This document shows positions 23,511 to 32,854 of a stretch of DNA of 42,574 nucleotides, piece by piece. Numbering within the stretch: position 1 is the first letter of the stretch; each line of letters opens with the position of its first letter. Below the pieces are notes generated by a model. The model had not been told where the DNA came from. It did not search any database and worked only from the letters and a program-made list of their open reading frames with translations. The position numbers and the translations under genes were made by a program. The stretch is from a virus (taxonomy: Duplodnaviria > Heunggongvirae > Uroviricota > Caudoviricetes), in the IMG/VR virus record IMGVR_UViG_2675903468_000002, positions 1-42,574 of that record; one strand, written 5' to 3'.

Positions 23511-24056
23511 TTAAACCACCACGCGCTCTTTCATCCAGCCATAGACAAACGACTCATTGGCCTCGCGTTTCTCTGCCAGCTCCAGATAACGCTCGCCCTG
23601 CGTACAGTTCAGGGCTTTCACCAGTACCAGTTCACCATCCCTGCTGCGATTTTTCAGATATGCCCGTAATGCATTAAGAGTACGCGGCCCGATGCGTCCA
23701 TCAGCATCCATATCCGGATAGAGTTTCCCGCGCAGGTTGAAAACGTTCAGCCAGCGCTGAAGCATTCTGGACGCCACAGTTGGCCCCATGTTCACGCCCG
23801 TATCGCACAACTCTGCGGCAATATCAGGAGACAGGTCCTCAACCTGGTCGAATCGTGGTCCGTACCAGTAGTCCGCCTCGAGTATTTCCAGCGCCTGCCC
23901 ACGCGTCAGGTCACGCATATCGCCCTGATAACCGTGTGCACGGGCAACTTTTTCAGTGATGCCCCATTTAGTCGGACCACCTTTATCATCCGGGTGATTG
24001 ACGTAACCGCCCTCTTTTCCCAGAATTTCGTCAAAAATTTCATCTTTCGACTTCAT
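23511..24056 (-). CDS. Endolysin, glycoside hydrolase family 108-like with peptidoglycan-binding C-terminus
   Basis: Start MKSKDEIFDEILGKEGGYVNHPDDKGGPTKWGIT is the characteristic GH108 N-terminus; sits directly downstream of the holin-like genes. The ORF-track start at 24077 is a TTG. Confidence 0.75.
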   Translation of the reverse strand: MKSKDEIFDEILGKEGGYVNHPDDKGGPTKWGITEKVARAHGYQGDMRDLTRGQALEILEADYWYGPRFDQVEDLSPDIAAELCDTGVNMGPTVASRMLQRWLNVFNLRGKLYPDMDADGRIGPRTLNALRAYLKNRSRDGELVLVKALNCTQGERYLELAEKREANESFVYGWMKERVVV

Positions 24057-24057
24057 A

Positions 24058-24336
24058 TCAGCGCCTTCGTAATACAAGGATTTTTGATACGTTCCCGCGT
24101 GCTCGTATCACCAGCACGCAGAACACCAGGTTAATCAGGACGACCAGCCAGTTACCGGGTGGAAAGCGACCACACAGATAACAAAGCGGCGCAAAGGCAT
24201 AAAGCAGCATCAGCAGCCAGGCCAGCCACGACATCAGCGGTTTATGTCTCGACTCACCACGACGATAAAAAAAGAGCGTCAGCACGATAACCGTGCTTAA
24301 CACCACATTCAGTAATCCGGGAAGGTTACTTAACAT
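24058..24336 (-). CDS. Membrane protein with ~3 TM segments between holin and endolysin (possible second holin or antiholin)
   Basis: 92 aa, hydrophobic (LLNVVLSTVIVLTLFF, LAWLLMLLYAFAPLCYL, LVVLINLVFCVLVI); overlaps both neighbours. Confidence 0.45.
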   Translation of the reverse strand: MLSNLPGLLNVVLSTVIVLTLFFYRRGESRHKPLMSWLAWLLMLLYAFAPLCYLCGRFPPGNWLVVLINLVFCVLVIRARGNVSKILVLRRR

Positions 24337-24715
24337 TACCGCCTCCCCCCCGCAGACGGGAGAACAGCCCGGATACCAGCGATGCGATATCCTGCTGGTG
24401 GATGAATGAGAGAATCTTCACCGACACCACCGATACCAGTACCGCGCAAAGCGCGTCGAGAGATGTGCTGTGGAGATTCAGTTTTTCAACCAGGTAAGAC
24501 GCCATCACATCCGCCCCCAGCACGCCAACAATGAACGACACCAGAAAATGCGCTGCCACACGCCAGACAGAAATCTGCTGTGGTATCGTGGCCACAAACA
24601 GCGCCCCTGCGAATGCACCAAACACAATCCCGAAATCCGTTCCGGTAAACAGCCCGAATACCGTCGCCCCACCGAGCGCCGCAGCCGTGCCGGAACCGGA
24701 TAAGGGTTCAGACAT
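24326..24715 (-). CDS. Putative holin
   Basis: Start MSEPLSGSG with AGGAGA RBS; several Gly/Ala-rich TM helices; immediately upstream of the lysis membrane protein and endolysin. Confidence 0.55.
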   Translation of the reverse strand: MSEPLSGSGTAAALGGATVFGLFTGTDFGIVFGAFAGALFVATIPQQISVWRVAAHFLVSFIVGVLGADVMASYLVEKLNLHSTSLDALCAVLVSVVSVKILSFIHQQDIASLVSGLFSRLRGGGGNVK

Positions 24716-24951
24716 ACTTTTTCTCCTGTCAATAAAAAGGGCCACCAGCGGCCCGTAAAAAACACCCTGTCAAAGGTACCCGCAGATGCCTTTTGTTTGG
24801 TGTTATTCATATTTGTGCAGTAAAGGCCAGAGAACGACCATCACCATCGCCACCAGCACGCCATCAGCCAGCACCGACATCAGCCGTCCGGTAAAATCCA
24901 CTGCCACTACCAGAAACAGCAGGATGGCAGCCAGCACAAGGCGCGCACTTT

Positions 24952-25377
24952 TCACAGGTACTGCTCCAGCGGCAACTGCAGCGCCTGCGCAATTTTCTTG
25001 AGCTGTGCTTCTTCATCCGGACCAATGCCATCCTGGTCTGCAATATCCAGACACAGGCACAGCACATCAACCGCTTCGGCGGTTCCTGCCACATCAGCCA
25101 GTTCTCGCAAAGCCTGAGCATTCGCACTACGAGGCGATGCTTCATAACGGGCGCGGATATTCGCGCTCATCTGGGCAATCTCACCGGAGAACGGCGCAAA
25201 GGCAGGAAGTGTTGCAATGGTTTTCTCCAGTACCGCAATTTCTTTCGCGTCACAGGTGTCGTCAGCGTATGCAATGGAATACGCGCCCCAGACGGTCGCC
25301 TCCACCGCGTCGCGGTTCTCCATTTTCTTCACTTCAGTAATAGCCTTACGGGTTTTCTTTTTGAAAATACCAAACAT
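24952..25377 (-). CDS. TerB-like (tellurite-resistance TerB fold) protein
   Basis: Start MFGIFKKKTRKAITEVKKMENRDAVEA; helical acidic protein resembling the TerB domain family, assigned from recalled sequence features only. Confidence 0.4.
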   Translation of the reverse strand: MFGIFKKKTRKAITEVKKMENRDAVEATVWGAYSIAYADDTCDAKEIAVLEKTIATLPAFAPFSGEIAQMSANIRARYEASPRSANAQALRELADVAGTAEAVDVLCLCLDIADQDGIGPDEEAQLKKIAQALQLPLEQYL

Positions 25378-25576
25378 CGTGACTTTTCCTTTTAGTGGGT
25401 GAGCCTCGCCCCGGGATGAGCAGCCCACAGAGAAAGTCACACTGACCATCCCGTAAGCTCCCCCCCCTGAAAGGCTCTGTGGTTTTTTGATGTGCGCCGG
25501 GCGTGGCGCAGATATGAAAAAGGCCACGCACGTGCGCAGCCTGATAATTTTCTGAATCAGCGGAGTGTCAGCTGGT

Positions 25577-26104
25577 TTACCCTTTCACTTCTGAAAGGGA
25601 TTTTTTGCCAAACGTCACTTCATTCATTGACATAAGTATGCTGTCTTTAATGTATTCGCACACTTCATTAATTTTTGCGTTGGTATCCACATGCGAAAAT
25701 GTCCTGGCCTGATAACCATCAACCGAAATCGTCATGTTGTCGCCATCAAGTAACAGAATACTCACTGTAATATTCACACTTACAGACTGGCGGGGATCAT
25801 CATCAACAACCGTATATAAATTAAAAGTAACCCCATCCTGAAAATCTACCTGCAAATCCTCCGGTTTCTCACAACAACTATCATGAGAAAGATAAACATA
25901 GGGATGGGAGTTACCGTCAATATCCAGCCATCGTGGTTTCGGCAATGCCAGTGAGTCTTCATAGGTCTTGACCAGCCTTTTTGCCATATCCCGCAGTCGC
26001 TGGATGTACTCCTGTCTGGCCTCCTGAATTTCAGCCTGCTTTTCCCGAATGTCTGCATATGTGATCACAGTCTCAATTCTCCTGTATACAGAAAAATAAA
26101 CCAT
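25577..26104 (-). CDS. Hypothetical protein (function unknown)
   Basis: ORF whose upstream part (26105-26200) contains a terminator, so start set at ATG 26104; alternative GTG at 26068 has an AGGAGA RBS. Confidence 0.5.
   Translation of the reverse strand: MVYFSVYRRIETVITYADIREKQAEIQEARQEYIQRLRDMAKRLVKTYEDSLALPKPRWLDIDGNSHPYVYLSHDSCCEKPEDLQVDFQDGVTFNLYTVVDDDPRQSVSVNITVSILLLDGDNMTISVDGYQARTFSHVDTNAKINEVCEYIKDSILMSMNEVTFGKKSLSEVKG
25579..25606 (+). terminator. Strong plus-strand intrinsic terminator overlapping the 3' end of a minus-strand gene
   Basis: CCCTTTCA-CTTC-TGAAAGGG followed by ATTTTTTG on plus strand; no U-tract in the minus orientation. Confidence 0.5.
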
Positions 26105-26163
26105 AATAATAGCCAACCGGGAAAAGATGAAAAATGCCATAACAGAACAGGCATTGCGCACGG

Positions 26164-26191
26164 ATAAAAAAATGCCCGTCATGAGACGGGC
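26164..26191 (-). terminator. Intrinsic terminator (minus strand)
   Basis: GCCCGTC-TCAT-GACGGGC followed by ATTTTTTTATCC on minus strand. Confidence 0.6.
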
Positions 26192-26748
26192 CCAAAGCAT
26201 TCATCGTATAAGAATTAGACAGCGTTTAATTGTATGGTTACTACCAGAATGATTCGTCAGCCTGCAACGTAATTCTGACGAATCACAGACCCCGAAACAG
26301 GCAGCGACTCATTCTGATAAAAACCATCCGATGATACACAACGTTAACAATGTAAAAAACAGCACCGAAACTGTAATCAGTCAGATATTACAGAATGAAG
26401 AACGACAAAGGCGCTTGCAAAACCTGTTCTCCGCGAAACTCGCCAGTGCTGAAACGATATGCCTCATTTGTTTACCAGTGCGGGTAGCAGAAATTACCCT
26501 CACACATAAAATGCTGACTTCCGGAATCACACTGCTGACCGGTTATTACTGAATCAACAAACTGATCACCAGGAAGTCAGCACTGACCTTTCCGGTGGTA
26601 TTAACACCCTGTGAACACAAAACGACCACCTTTAGGTCGTCACAAATACTAACAATGATTGTGTGGGCATCAAAAATATATTTGGTGTTCAGTTTTAAAT
26701 ATGTGTATACATCTGTATCAGAAATATACAACTTATATCATCACTGAA

Positions 26749-27795
26749 TTAAAAATCTTTCGTTATTTCTCTGACCGTCTGATTAAAACGTTCCTCTTCC
26801 AGTTCCACGCCAATCGCCCTGCATCCCAGCGACAGTGCCGCTTTTATTGTCGACCCCGACCCCATAAAAAAATCTGCGACCAAATCGCCTGGACGGCTGC
26901 TGGCAGTAATTATCTGACGCAACATATCCGCCGGTTTTTCACAGGGATGCTTACCCGGATAAAACTGCACGGGCTTGTGCGTCCAGACATCCGTATAAGG
27001 AACGACAGCCGATACGGAAAAATAACGCCGCAGTGATTTGTATTCCTCCAGCAGGCTGGCATATTGCCGGTTCAGTTCGCTGTATGTGCTGACCAGCTGG
27101 TGGTGTGGCTGCTCCAGTTCACCGCGCTGGTGTTTTTCTGCCACCACACGTGCAAACAGCGCCTGCAGTTTACTGTAATCGGCCTCATTCGGTAACTGCC
27201 ACTGACTGGTACCAAACCAGTGCGAAGCCATGTTTTTCTTTCCGGTGGCTTCTGCTATCTGTTTTGACGTTATCCCCAGTGATTCGCGCGCATCACGAAA
27301 GTAAGAAATCAGCGGGGCCATGACATGCTGCTTAAGCTCGCGCCCCTTTGCTGCATAACCGTCACTTTTGGGCTGGTATGGCCCCTGATAATGTTCGGCA
27401 AACAGAATGCGCTCTGTTGCCGGGAAATACGCCCGCAGGCTTTCCTTGTTGCACCCATTCCAGCGTCCGGACGGCTTCGCCCAGATAATGTGGTTCAGCA
27501 CATTAAAGCGTTCACGCATCATGATTTCGATATCAGATGCCAGGCGATGACCACAGAACAGGTAGAGACTTCCGGCAGGTTTCAGTACCCGCCAGAACTG
27601 CGCCAGACACTGAGCCAGCCATTTCAGGTAATCATCGTCCCCCTTCCACTGGTTATCCCAGCCCTCGGGCTTCACTTTAAAGTATGGCGGGTCTGTGACT
27701 ATCAGATCGACAGAGTTTTCCGGTAAGGTCCGGATAAATTCCAGGCAATCAGCGTTGATTAACTCACAACTGGATATTTTTACAGTATTAGCCAT
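26749..27795 (-). CDS. DNA methyltransferase (N6-adenine or N4-cytosine, beta-class), apparently orphan
   Basis: 348 aa; motif IV DPPY (LIVTDPPYFKV) near the N-terminus and AdoMet motif I FxGxG (DFFMGSGST) near the C-terminus; no adjacent restriction endonuclease candidate. Confidence 0.85.
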   Translation of the reverse strand: MANTVKISSCELINADCLEFIRTLPENSVDLIVTDPPYFKVKPEGWDNQWKGDDDYLKWLAQCLAQFWRVLKPAGSLYLFCGHRLASDIEIMMRERFNVLNHIIWAKPSGRWNGCNKESLRAYFPATERILFAEHYQGPYQPKSDGYAAKGRELKQHVMAPLISYFRDARESLGITSKQIAEATGKKNMASHWFGTSQWQLPNEADYSKLQALFARVVAEKHQRGELEQPHHQLVSTYSELNRQYASLLEEYKSLRRYFSVSAVVPYTDVWTHKPVQFYPGKHPCEKPADMLRQIITASSRPGDLVADFFMGSGSTIKAALSLGCRAIGVELEEERFNQTVREITKDF

Positions 27796-27945
27796 AGATC
27801 AATAAGCTCTTCTCTGATAGGCTCATACCGCTTTTGCGCAAAGCAGATGGGCCTGAGGTTTGCTTGTGATCCCAACGCATGAGCAGATGGCTGGCAGGTG
27901 CCGCTAACACCCACCAGCCGCCCATTACCACAAATTAAAAAGCCT

Positions 27946-28143
27946 TCACTGAGGAAGGCGTCTGTAACAACCGAACTGATAATCTGCCAGACCCGCCATA
28001 ACAAGCTGGGTCAGTATTAACTGGCAGCGTTCGCGTGAAAGGTAAGTATTCTGCGCAATTTCCCCGACGGTCGCCGGTTCGGTGACGCTTAATTCATTAA
28101 ACACCACTCTGGCGGTTTCGGTCATATCCTGCTGTTTTAGCAT
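27946..28143 (-). CDS. Small putative DNA-binding protein (winged-helix-like), function unknown
   Basis: Internal start MLKQQDMTETARVVFNELSVTEPATVGEIAQNTYLSRERCQLILTQLVMAGLADYQ; 150 bp upstream of the methyltransferase on the same strand. Confidence 0.35.
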   Translation of the reverse strand: MLKQQDMTETARVVFNELSVTEPATVGEIAQNTYLSRERCQLILTQLVMAGLADYQFGCYRRLPQ

Positions 28144-28650
28144 GTCTTTTTCCCTTTTCCGGTTAACGTGACATACCAATAACTCTTGTCGAAAAAGCCA
28201 GCAAGCTGAAAGACCGGTATTCGTAACCACCAGCACGTTTAACGTCCTGTGCCGTTTTTCGGGTACAAAAAACAGCCCGACGGCGGTTTTAAGGAAGGAG
28301 TCGAAGCAACCACTCTTAACATCATAATTGAATTTTTACGTACGTAAACCACAAATACGCCACTCAAATGTTAATGCTCTATAACAAAACCAAACATGCG
28401 AATAACACATATTACACCAAATACATCATTGTTATTTTTCAATGAAAAATGAGTAAATAATGTATTTCATTAATTAAATTCCGCATTACACAAAAATATC
28501 GACAAATTACACCAACGCGCATAAATGAGATCTTGATCATATTATCAATCACTAAATTAAACTTGCCTCTTGAAATAACCACATTGATTAGATGAATATT
28601 TATCGCGCAGTGACATCATTTTTTAAAATAGTTCAAAAAAAGGGTTCGTG

Positions 28651-29760
28651 ATGAAAAAATTAACGGTGGCAATTTCTGCTGTGGCTGCATCAGTATCAGT
28701 ACTGATGGCGATGTCTGCTCAGGCAGCAGAGATTTATAATAAAGACAGCAACAAGTTGGATCTGTACGGAAAAGTTAATGCTAAGCACTACTTCTCCTCT
28801 AACGATGCAAATGATGGCGACACAACTTATGCTCGTCTGGGTTTCAAAGGCGAAACTCAGATCAACGATCAACTGACTGGTTTCGGTCAGTGGGAATATG
28901 AATTCAAAGGAAACCGTACTGAAGAACAGGGAGCAGCCAAAGATAAAACCCGTCTTGCATTTGCAGGGCTTAAATTCGGTGACTACGGCTCCGTCGATTA
29001 CGGTCGTAACTACGGTGTAGCATACGATATCGGTGCATGGACTGACGTTCTGCCAGAATTCGGTGGAGATACTTGGACCCAAACAGATGTATTCATGACT
29101 GGTCGCACCACTGGTGTTGCAACTTATCGTAACAACGACTTCTTTGGTCTGGTTGATGGTCTGAATTTTGCTGCACAGTACCAGGGTAAGAATAATCATG
29201 ATCGTAGTAGCTTAGATAACTACACCAAAGGCAATGGCGATGGTTTTGGTTTCTCTGCGACCTATGAATACGAAGGTTTCGGCATTGGTGCAACGTATGC
29301 GAAATCTGATCGTACCGACACTCAAGTCAAATTGGGTAAACTTCTCCCAGGAGTATTTGCTTCCGGCGAAAATGCAGAAGTCTGGGCTGCAGGTCTGAAA
29401 TACGACGCAAACAACGTTTATCTGGCAACAACCTATTCAGAAACCCAGAATATGACTAAATTCGCAGATTACTTTGTGGCTAATAAAGCACAAAACTTCG
29501 AAGCTGTTGCACAATATCAGTTCGATTTCGGTCTGCGTCCGTCTGTTGCTTATCTGCAATCAAAAGGTAAAGATCTTGGCATTTTTGGTGACCAAGATTT
29601 AGTCAAATATGTTGATGTTGGCGCAACTTATTATTTCAACAAAAATATGTCTACATTCGTTGATTACAAAATCAACCTGCTTGACAAAAATGACTTTACT
29701 AAAGCTCTTGGTGTAAACACTGACGATATCGTTGCTGTAGGTATGGTATACCAGTTCTAA
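28651..29760 (+). CDS. nmpC: Outer membrane porin, NmpC/Lc/OmpC family (phage-encoded)
   Basis: [25 protein letters not shown] signal peptide then [24 protein letters not shown]...ending VGMVYQF; trimeric-porin hallmarks; closely matches recalled DLP12 NmpC; opposite strand to Q and lysis genes as in DLP12. Confidence 0.95.
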   Translation: MKKLTVAISAVAASVSVLMAMSAQAAEIYNKDSNKLDLYGKVNAKHYFSSNDANDGDTTYARLGFKGETQINDQLTGFGQWEYEFKGNRTEEQGAAKDKTRLAFAGLKFGDYGSVDYGRNYGVAYDIGAWTDVLPEFGGDTWTQTDVFMTGRTTGVATYRNNDFFGLVDGLNFAAQYQGKNNHDRSSLDNYTKGNGDGFGFSATYEYEGFGIGATYAKSDRTDTQVKLGKLLPGVFASGENAEVWAAGLKYDANNVYLATTYSETQNMTKFADYFVANKAQNFEAVAQYQFDFGLRPSVAYLQSKGKDLGIFGDQDLVKYVDVGATYYFNKNMSTFVDYKINLLDKNDFTKALGVNTDDIVAVGMVYQF

Positions 29761-29777
29761 TCTGGTTAATAAAGGAT

Positions 29778-29829
29778 ATGCTGAGAAGGTTTTATCTTCT
29801 CAGCATATAAGTGGCTCCCTCAAGCCACT
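29778..29829 (+). terminator. Two hairpins immediately 3' of the porin gene
   Basis: 11-bp perfect stem ATGCTGAGAAG/CTTCTCAGCAT (29778-29806) and 7-bp stem AAGTGGC/GCCACTT; weak U-tracts. Confidence 0.4.
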
Positions 29830-29897
29830 TCTTTAAGAAGCATTAGAGCCCTGCTTCTTACTATCTAAACTTTCTGTTATATATTACCCTTTATCTT

Positions 29898-29926
29898 GGG
29901 GGTGTTTTTACGCCCCATTTTTTATT
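29898..29926 (+). terminator. Intrinsic terminator between porin and Q (plus-strand orientation)
   Basis: GGGGGTG-TTTTTA-CGCCCC followed by ATTTTTTATT. Confidence 0.55.
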
Positions 29927-29940
29927 AAAAAATAATCGTA

Positions 29941-30324
29941 TTAATTAAGCTTAGTAACATCAATATCCATCTCTAAGCAAATGTCTAATGCCATTAACAT
30001 ACCTTCGATTATTCCCTCTGCTTTCTGTAACCTTTTCCCGATATACCCATCAGAGCAATTATGCTTCCGCGCCAGCATCATAAACGTCATCCCACCAACA
30101 TAATAATCCACCAGCAAATCATGTAAGCCATTGTTGCTCTTTTTCAGACAGGCCATACATCCACAAATGATCATCGCGTCATCGTCACAGCATTGCGGAC
30201 GAGATCTTACTTTTGAAGGAATTAATCCCTTAAAACCGGCGGCAACGGACGACCAGGTCACATCTTCATGATTATTAGCCGCCCACGCTCCCCAACGCTC
30301 AAGAACCATCTGAATATCACGCAT
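29941..30324 (-). CDS. Q: Late-gene antiterminator Q (phage 82 / DLP12 QuuD type)
   Basis: 127 aa, [24 protein letters not shown]...[18 protein letters not shown]; matches recalled QuuD; located just upstream of the porin, as quuD-nmpC in DLP12. Confidence 0.85.
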   Translation of the reverse strand: MRDIQMVLERWGAWAANNHEDVTWSSVAAGFKGLIPSKVRSRPQCCDDDAMIICGCMACLKKSNNGLHDLLVDYYVGGMTFMMLARKHNCSDGYIGKRLQKAEGIIEGMLMALDICLEMDIDVTKLN

Positions 30325-30581
30325 CAGCGCAGTACCTCCTGCACCAGTTTTTCAAACTTTCCAACTTTGGTTTCCAGCTCTGCCACACAATCCACCAGCT
30401 CATCCACTGCTTTTTGTGCGCGGTGTTTCGCCTGCATCAGTTCCCTGAGCGCTGGCACCATATCCTTACGAATGGCATCTTTTGTTACGCCTGTCTTTTC
30501 CAGTTGTTCCGCCTGTCGTAACATTTCCTGTGCCTGTTTACGTAATTGTTCAGGCGTAAAAGTCATGGTCTGGTTGTTCAA
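30324..30581 (-). CDS. Small helical protein of unknown function
   Basis: 85 aa, charged coiled-coil-like sequence; start overlaps the DnaB stop. Confidence 0.5.
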   Translation of the reverse strand: MNNQTMTFTPEQLRKQAQEMLRQAEQLEKTGVTKDAIRKDMVPALRELMQAKHRAQKAVDELVDCVAELETKVGKFEKLVQEVLR

Positions 30582-31969
30582 AAGAAACGCTCCATCTTAC
30601 TGCTGTCGGTTCGCTTATTGCTGTATCTGCGCGGCTGGGGCTGCTGCATTGGGGTGGAAAGAATCTGTGCGCTTTCCTGGTCTACGGGCAGAAAATGTCC
30701 GTTATAAAAACGCCGGTAAATCGTCCCCAGAGAACCGTTACGTTGTTTCGTGATATTGATTTCTGCAATGCCTCTGGCCTGCGTATCCGGGTTGTACACT
30801 TCATCCCTGTAAAGCATCAGAATGATGTCTGCATCCGCCTCTATTTCTCCGGAATTTTTCAGGTCTGAGTTCATAGGGCGTTTATTGGGCCTGGACTCCA
30901 CACCACGGGAAAGCTGGCTCAGCGCAATCAACGGAAAACCACCGGATTTTGCCAGGCCTTTAAGCCCCTTTGAGATTTCACCCACGGCAAGGTCATGACG
31001 CCCCGTGGTTCGGGTTTTTATCAGCCCGAGATAATCAACCACCACCAGCGCCGTTTCCGGATGTTTAATCAGGTGATGTTTCGTTGTTGCGCATATCTCA
31101 TCAATGGTCAGGTTCGCCTGGTCCACCATCCAGATATTGCGCCCGGTCATCCGCCCCACTCCTTGTGAGAAACGTGCCCAATCTTCGTCTTCAAAGTGAG
31201 TGACAGATTTCAGGCGTGATACCGGCATTCCTCCAGCCGCAGATACCATGCGTTCACCAATCTGGATGTTCGCCATTTCCATTGTGAACAGAAGAACACC
31301 ATGCCCCTGCTCAGTCACCTTGTCGATGATATCCAGCGCCAGTTCGGTTTTGCCCATTGACGGACGAGCCGCAATAAATACCAGGTCGCCGGGAACCATG
31401 CCACCTGTTTTTGCGTCCAGTTCATCAATACCGGTCATCAACGTCCTGGATTTCTCCAGTCCCTGATTCCGGCATTCAACACGCTCAACCACTTCCGGAA
31501 GCACATCATCAATATGTACCGGCTGAATAGCGCCCTTTTCCGTCGACAATGAGGCCATCATGTTCTGCGCATCCTTCAGAGCATCTTCAGCCGCTTCACA
31601 GGTATGCGCATCACGTAATTTCTGCAGCGCCTCATTCAGCGTTTTTTCTGCATCGCGCAATGCGGCATTGCGCCGCAACGCTGCAACATAGTGCTCCAGT
31701 GAAGACTTCACCCAGGTTTTGCGCCCGGTATCAGTAATCACCGGGGCAAGTTCCGGCATCTCATTACACAACAGCACAGGGTCAATCACGCCTGAAACAC
31801 GGGCCTGTCTGCAGATGCCTGTGTAGATATCCCGATACGCTCGTACAGAAAAAACGTCCGCAGGTAGTGTGGCCAGAATATCCATCACTTCAGGATCTGC
31901 CCCACGCAGAAAGAACGCGCCAATGACAGCGCCTTCCAGGTCATCGTTACGCCAGACTGGTGTTGTCAT
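30578..31969 (-). CDS. Replicative DNA helicase, DnaB family
   Basis: 463 aa; N-terminal DnaB domain, Walker A ARPSMGKTELALD, and RecA-like C-terminal domain. Confidence 0.85.
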   Translation of the reverse strand: MTTPVWRNDDLEGAVIGAFFLRGADPEVMDILATLPADVFSVRAYRDIYTGICRQARVSGVIDPVLLCNEMPELAPVITDTGRKTWVKSSLEHYVAALRRNAALRDAEKTLNEALQKLRDAHTCEAAEDALKDAQNMMASLSTEKGAIQPVHIDDVLPEVVERVECRNQGLEKSRTLMTGIDELDAKTGGMVPGDLVFIAARPSMGKTELALDIIDKVTEQGHGVLLFTMEMANIQIGERMVSAAGGMPVSRLKSVTHFEDEDWARFSQGVGRMTGRNIWMVDQANLTIDEICATTKHHLIKHPETALVVVDYLGLIKTRTTGRHDLAVGEISKGLKGLAKSGGFPLIALSQLSRGVESRPNKRPMNSDLKNSGEIEADADIILMLYRDEVYNPDTQARGIAEINITKQRNGSLGTIYRRFYNGHFLPVDQESAQILSTPMQQPQPRRYSNKRTDSSKMERFF

Positions 31970-32853
31970 GCAGCCACACCTCTGATACGAGAACGGTAGC
32001 TGGGCCAGTTAAACGACAACCAGTTGCGCCCCCCGTCTGTGATCCTGTCGGCAATGCGGGGGCTGATGAACGCCCACAACTCTTCCGGTGAAAGGTTGCT
32101 GATCAGGATGGTGGGCAGGATGCTTTCGTACCGGGCATTGATAATTTCCTGCAAAATAGCCATTTCAGCCGCGCTGCCAAACTGAACGCCGACTTCGTCG
32201 ATGATCAGCAAATCCAATGACGCATAATGCTCAATAACTTCATCCGCTGTTTTTTCGCTGTCATTCCGCCAGCAGTTTTTCACAGCACGGGTAAGGCGCA
32301 TCACATCAGTAATCTCCACACTGGCCAGATGGTTACGGATGATGTGTTTTGCCATAGCCACAGCCAGATGATTTTTTCCGGTACCACAACTGCCTGTCAG
32401 AACAAGACTGGTACCGTTAGCCAGAACATCCTCCCAGCTCTCTGCATAGCGGCGGCAGGCAGCAAGATTTCTGGCTGCATCAGAGTTAATCTCCTGATAG
32501 TTTTCAAACTCACAGTCGCGAAACCTACAGGCAACACCAGCATTCTCAATCAGCACATCAGCTTTCATTGCAACCAGAGTCCGATGTGTCACATCCATTT
32601 CATCCACCAGACACTCCGGACAGCGGGAAATTTTTGAGACAGCGCCCCCCTGCCGATCATCCCACACCAGTATATGCGTACGATATTTACCGTGTTTTTC
32701 GCAGCATCCAACCCCTTCAGATTCCCGGCAGGCGCGGTAAGGCCATGGCTTTTCGCCATTCTGAGCAAATGCAATCTCTGCCCGTAACTCATCCATTCGC
32801 GCCTGTAGTCTTGTTTGTTTCTCACGTTGGTTAATCGTCATCATCGCTGTCAC
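31966..32853 (-). CDS. DnaC/IstB-like AAA+ helicase loader with N-terminal Cys-rich region
   Basis: Walker A GSCGTGKNHLAVA, Walker B LLIIDEVG; Cys cluster CCEKHG...CPEC in N-terminus. Confidence 0.8.
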   Translation of the reverse strand: MTAMMTINQREKQTRLQARMDELRAEIAFAQNGEKPWPYRACRESEGVGCCEKHGKYRTHILVWDDRQGGAVSKISRCPECLVDEMDVTHRTLVAMKADVLIENAGVACRFRDCEFENYQEINSDAARNLAACRRYAESWEDVLANGTSLVLTGSCGTGKNHLAVAMAKHIIRNHLASVEITDVMRLTRAVKNCWRNDSEKTADEVIEHYASLDLLIIDEVGVQFGSAAEMAILQEIINARYESILPTILISNLSPEELWAFISPRIADRITDGGRNWLSFNWPSYRSRIRGVAA

Positions 32854-32854
32854 C

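Noticed and set aside
28240-28650. AT-rich 400-bp stretch scanned for tRNA or small RNA genes
   Set aside because: No tRNA-like T-arm or acceptor pattern recognised; best explained as the porin promoter and regulatory region. The same conclusion was reached for 26200-26750.
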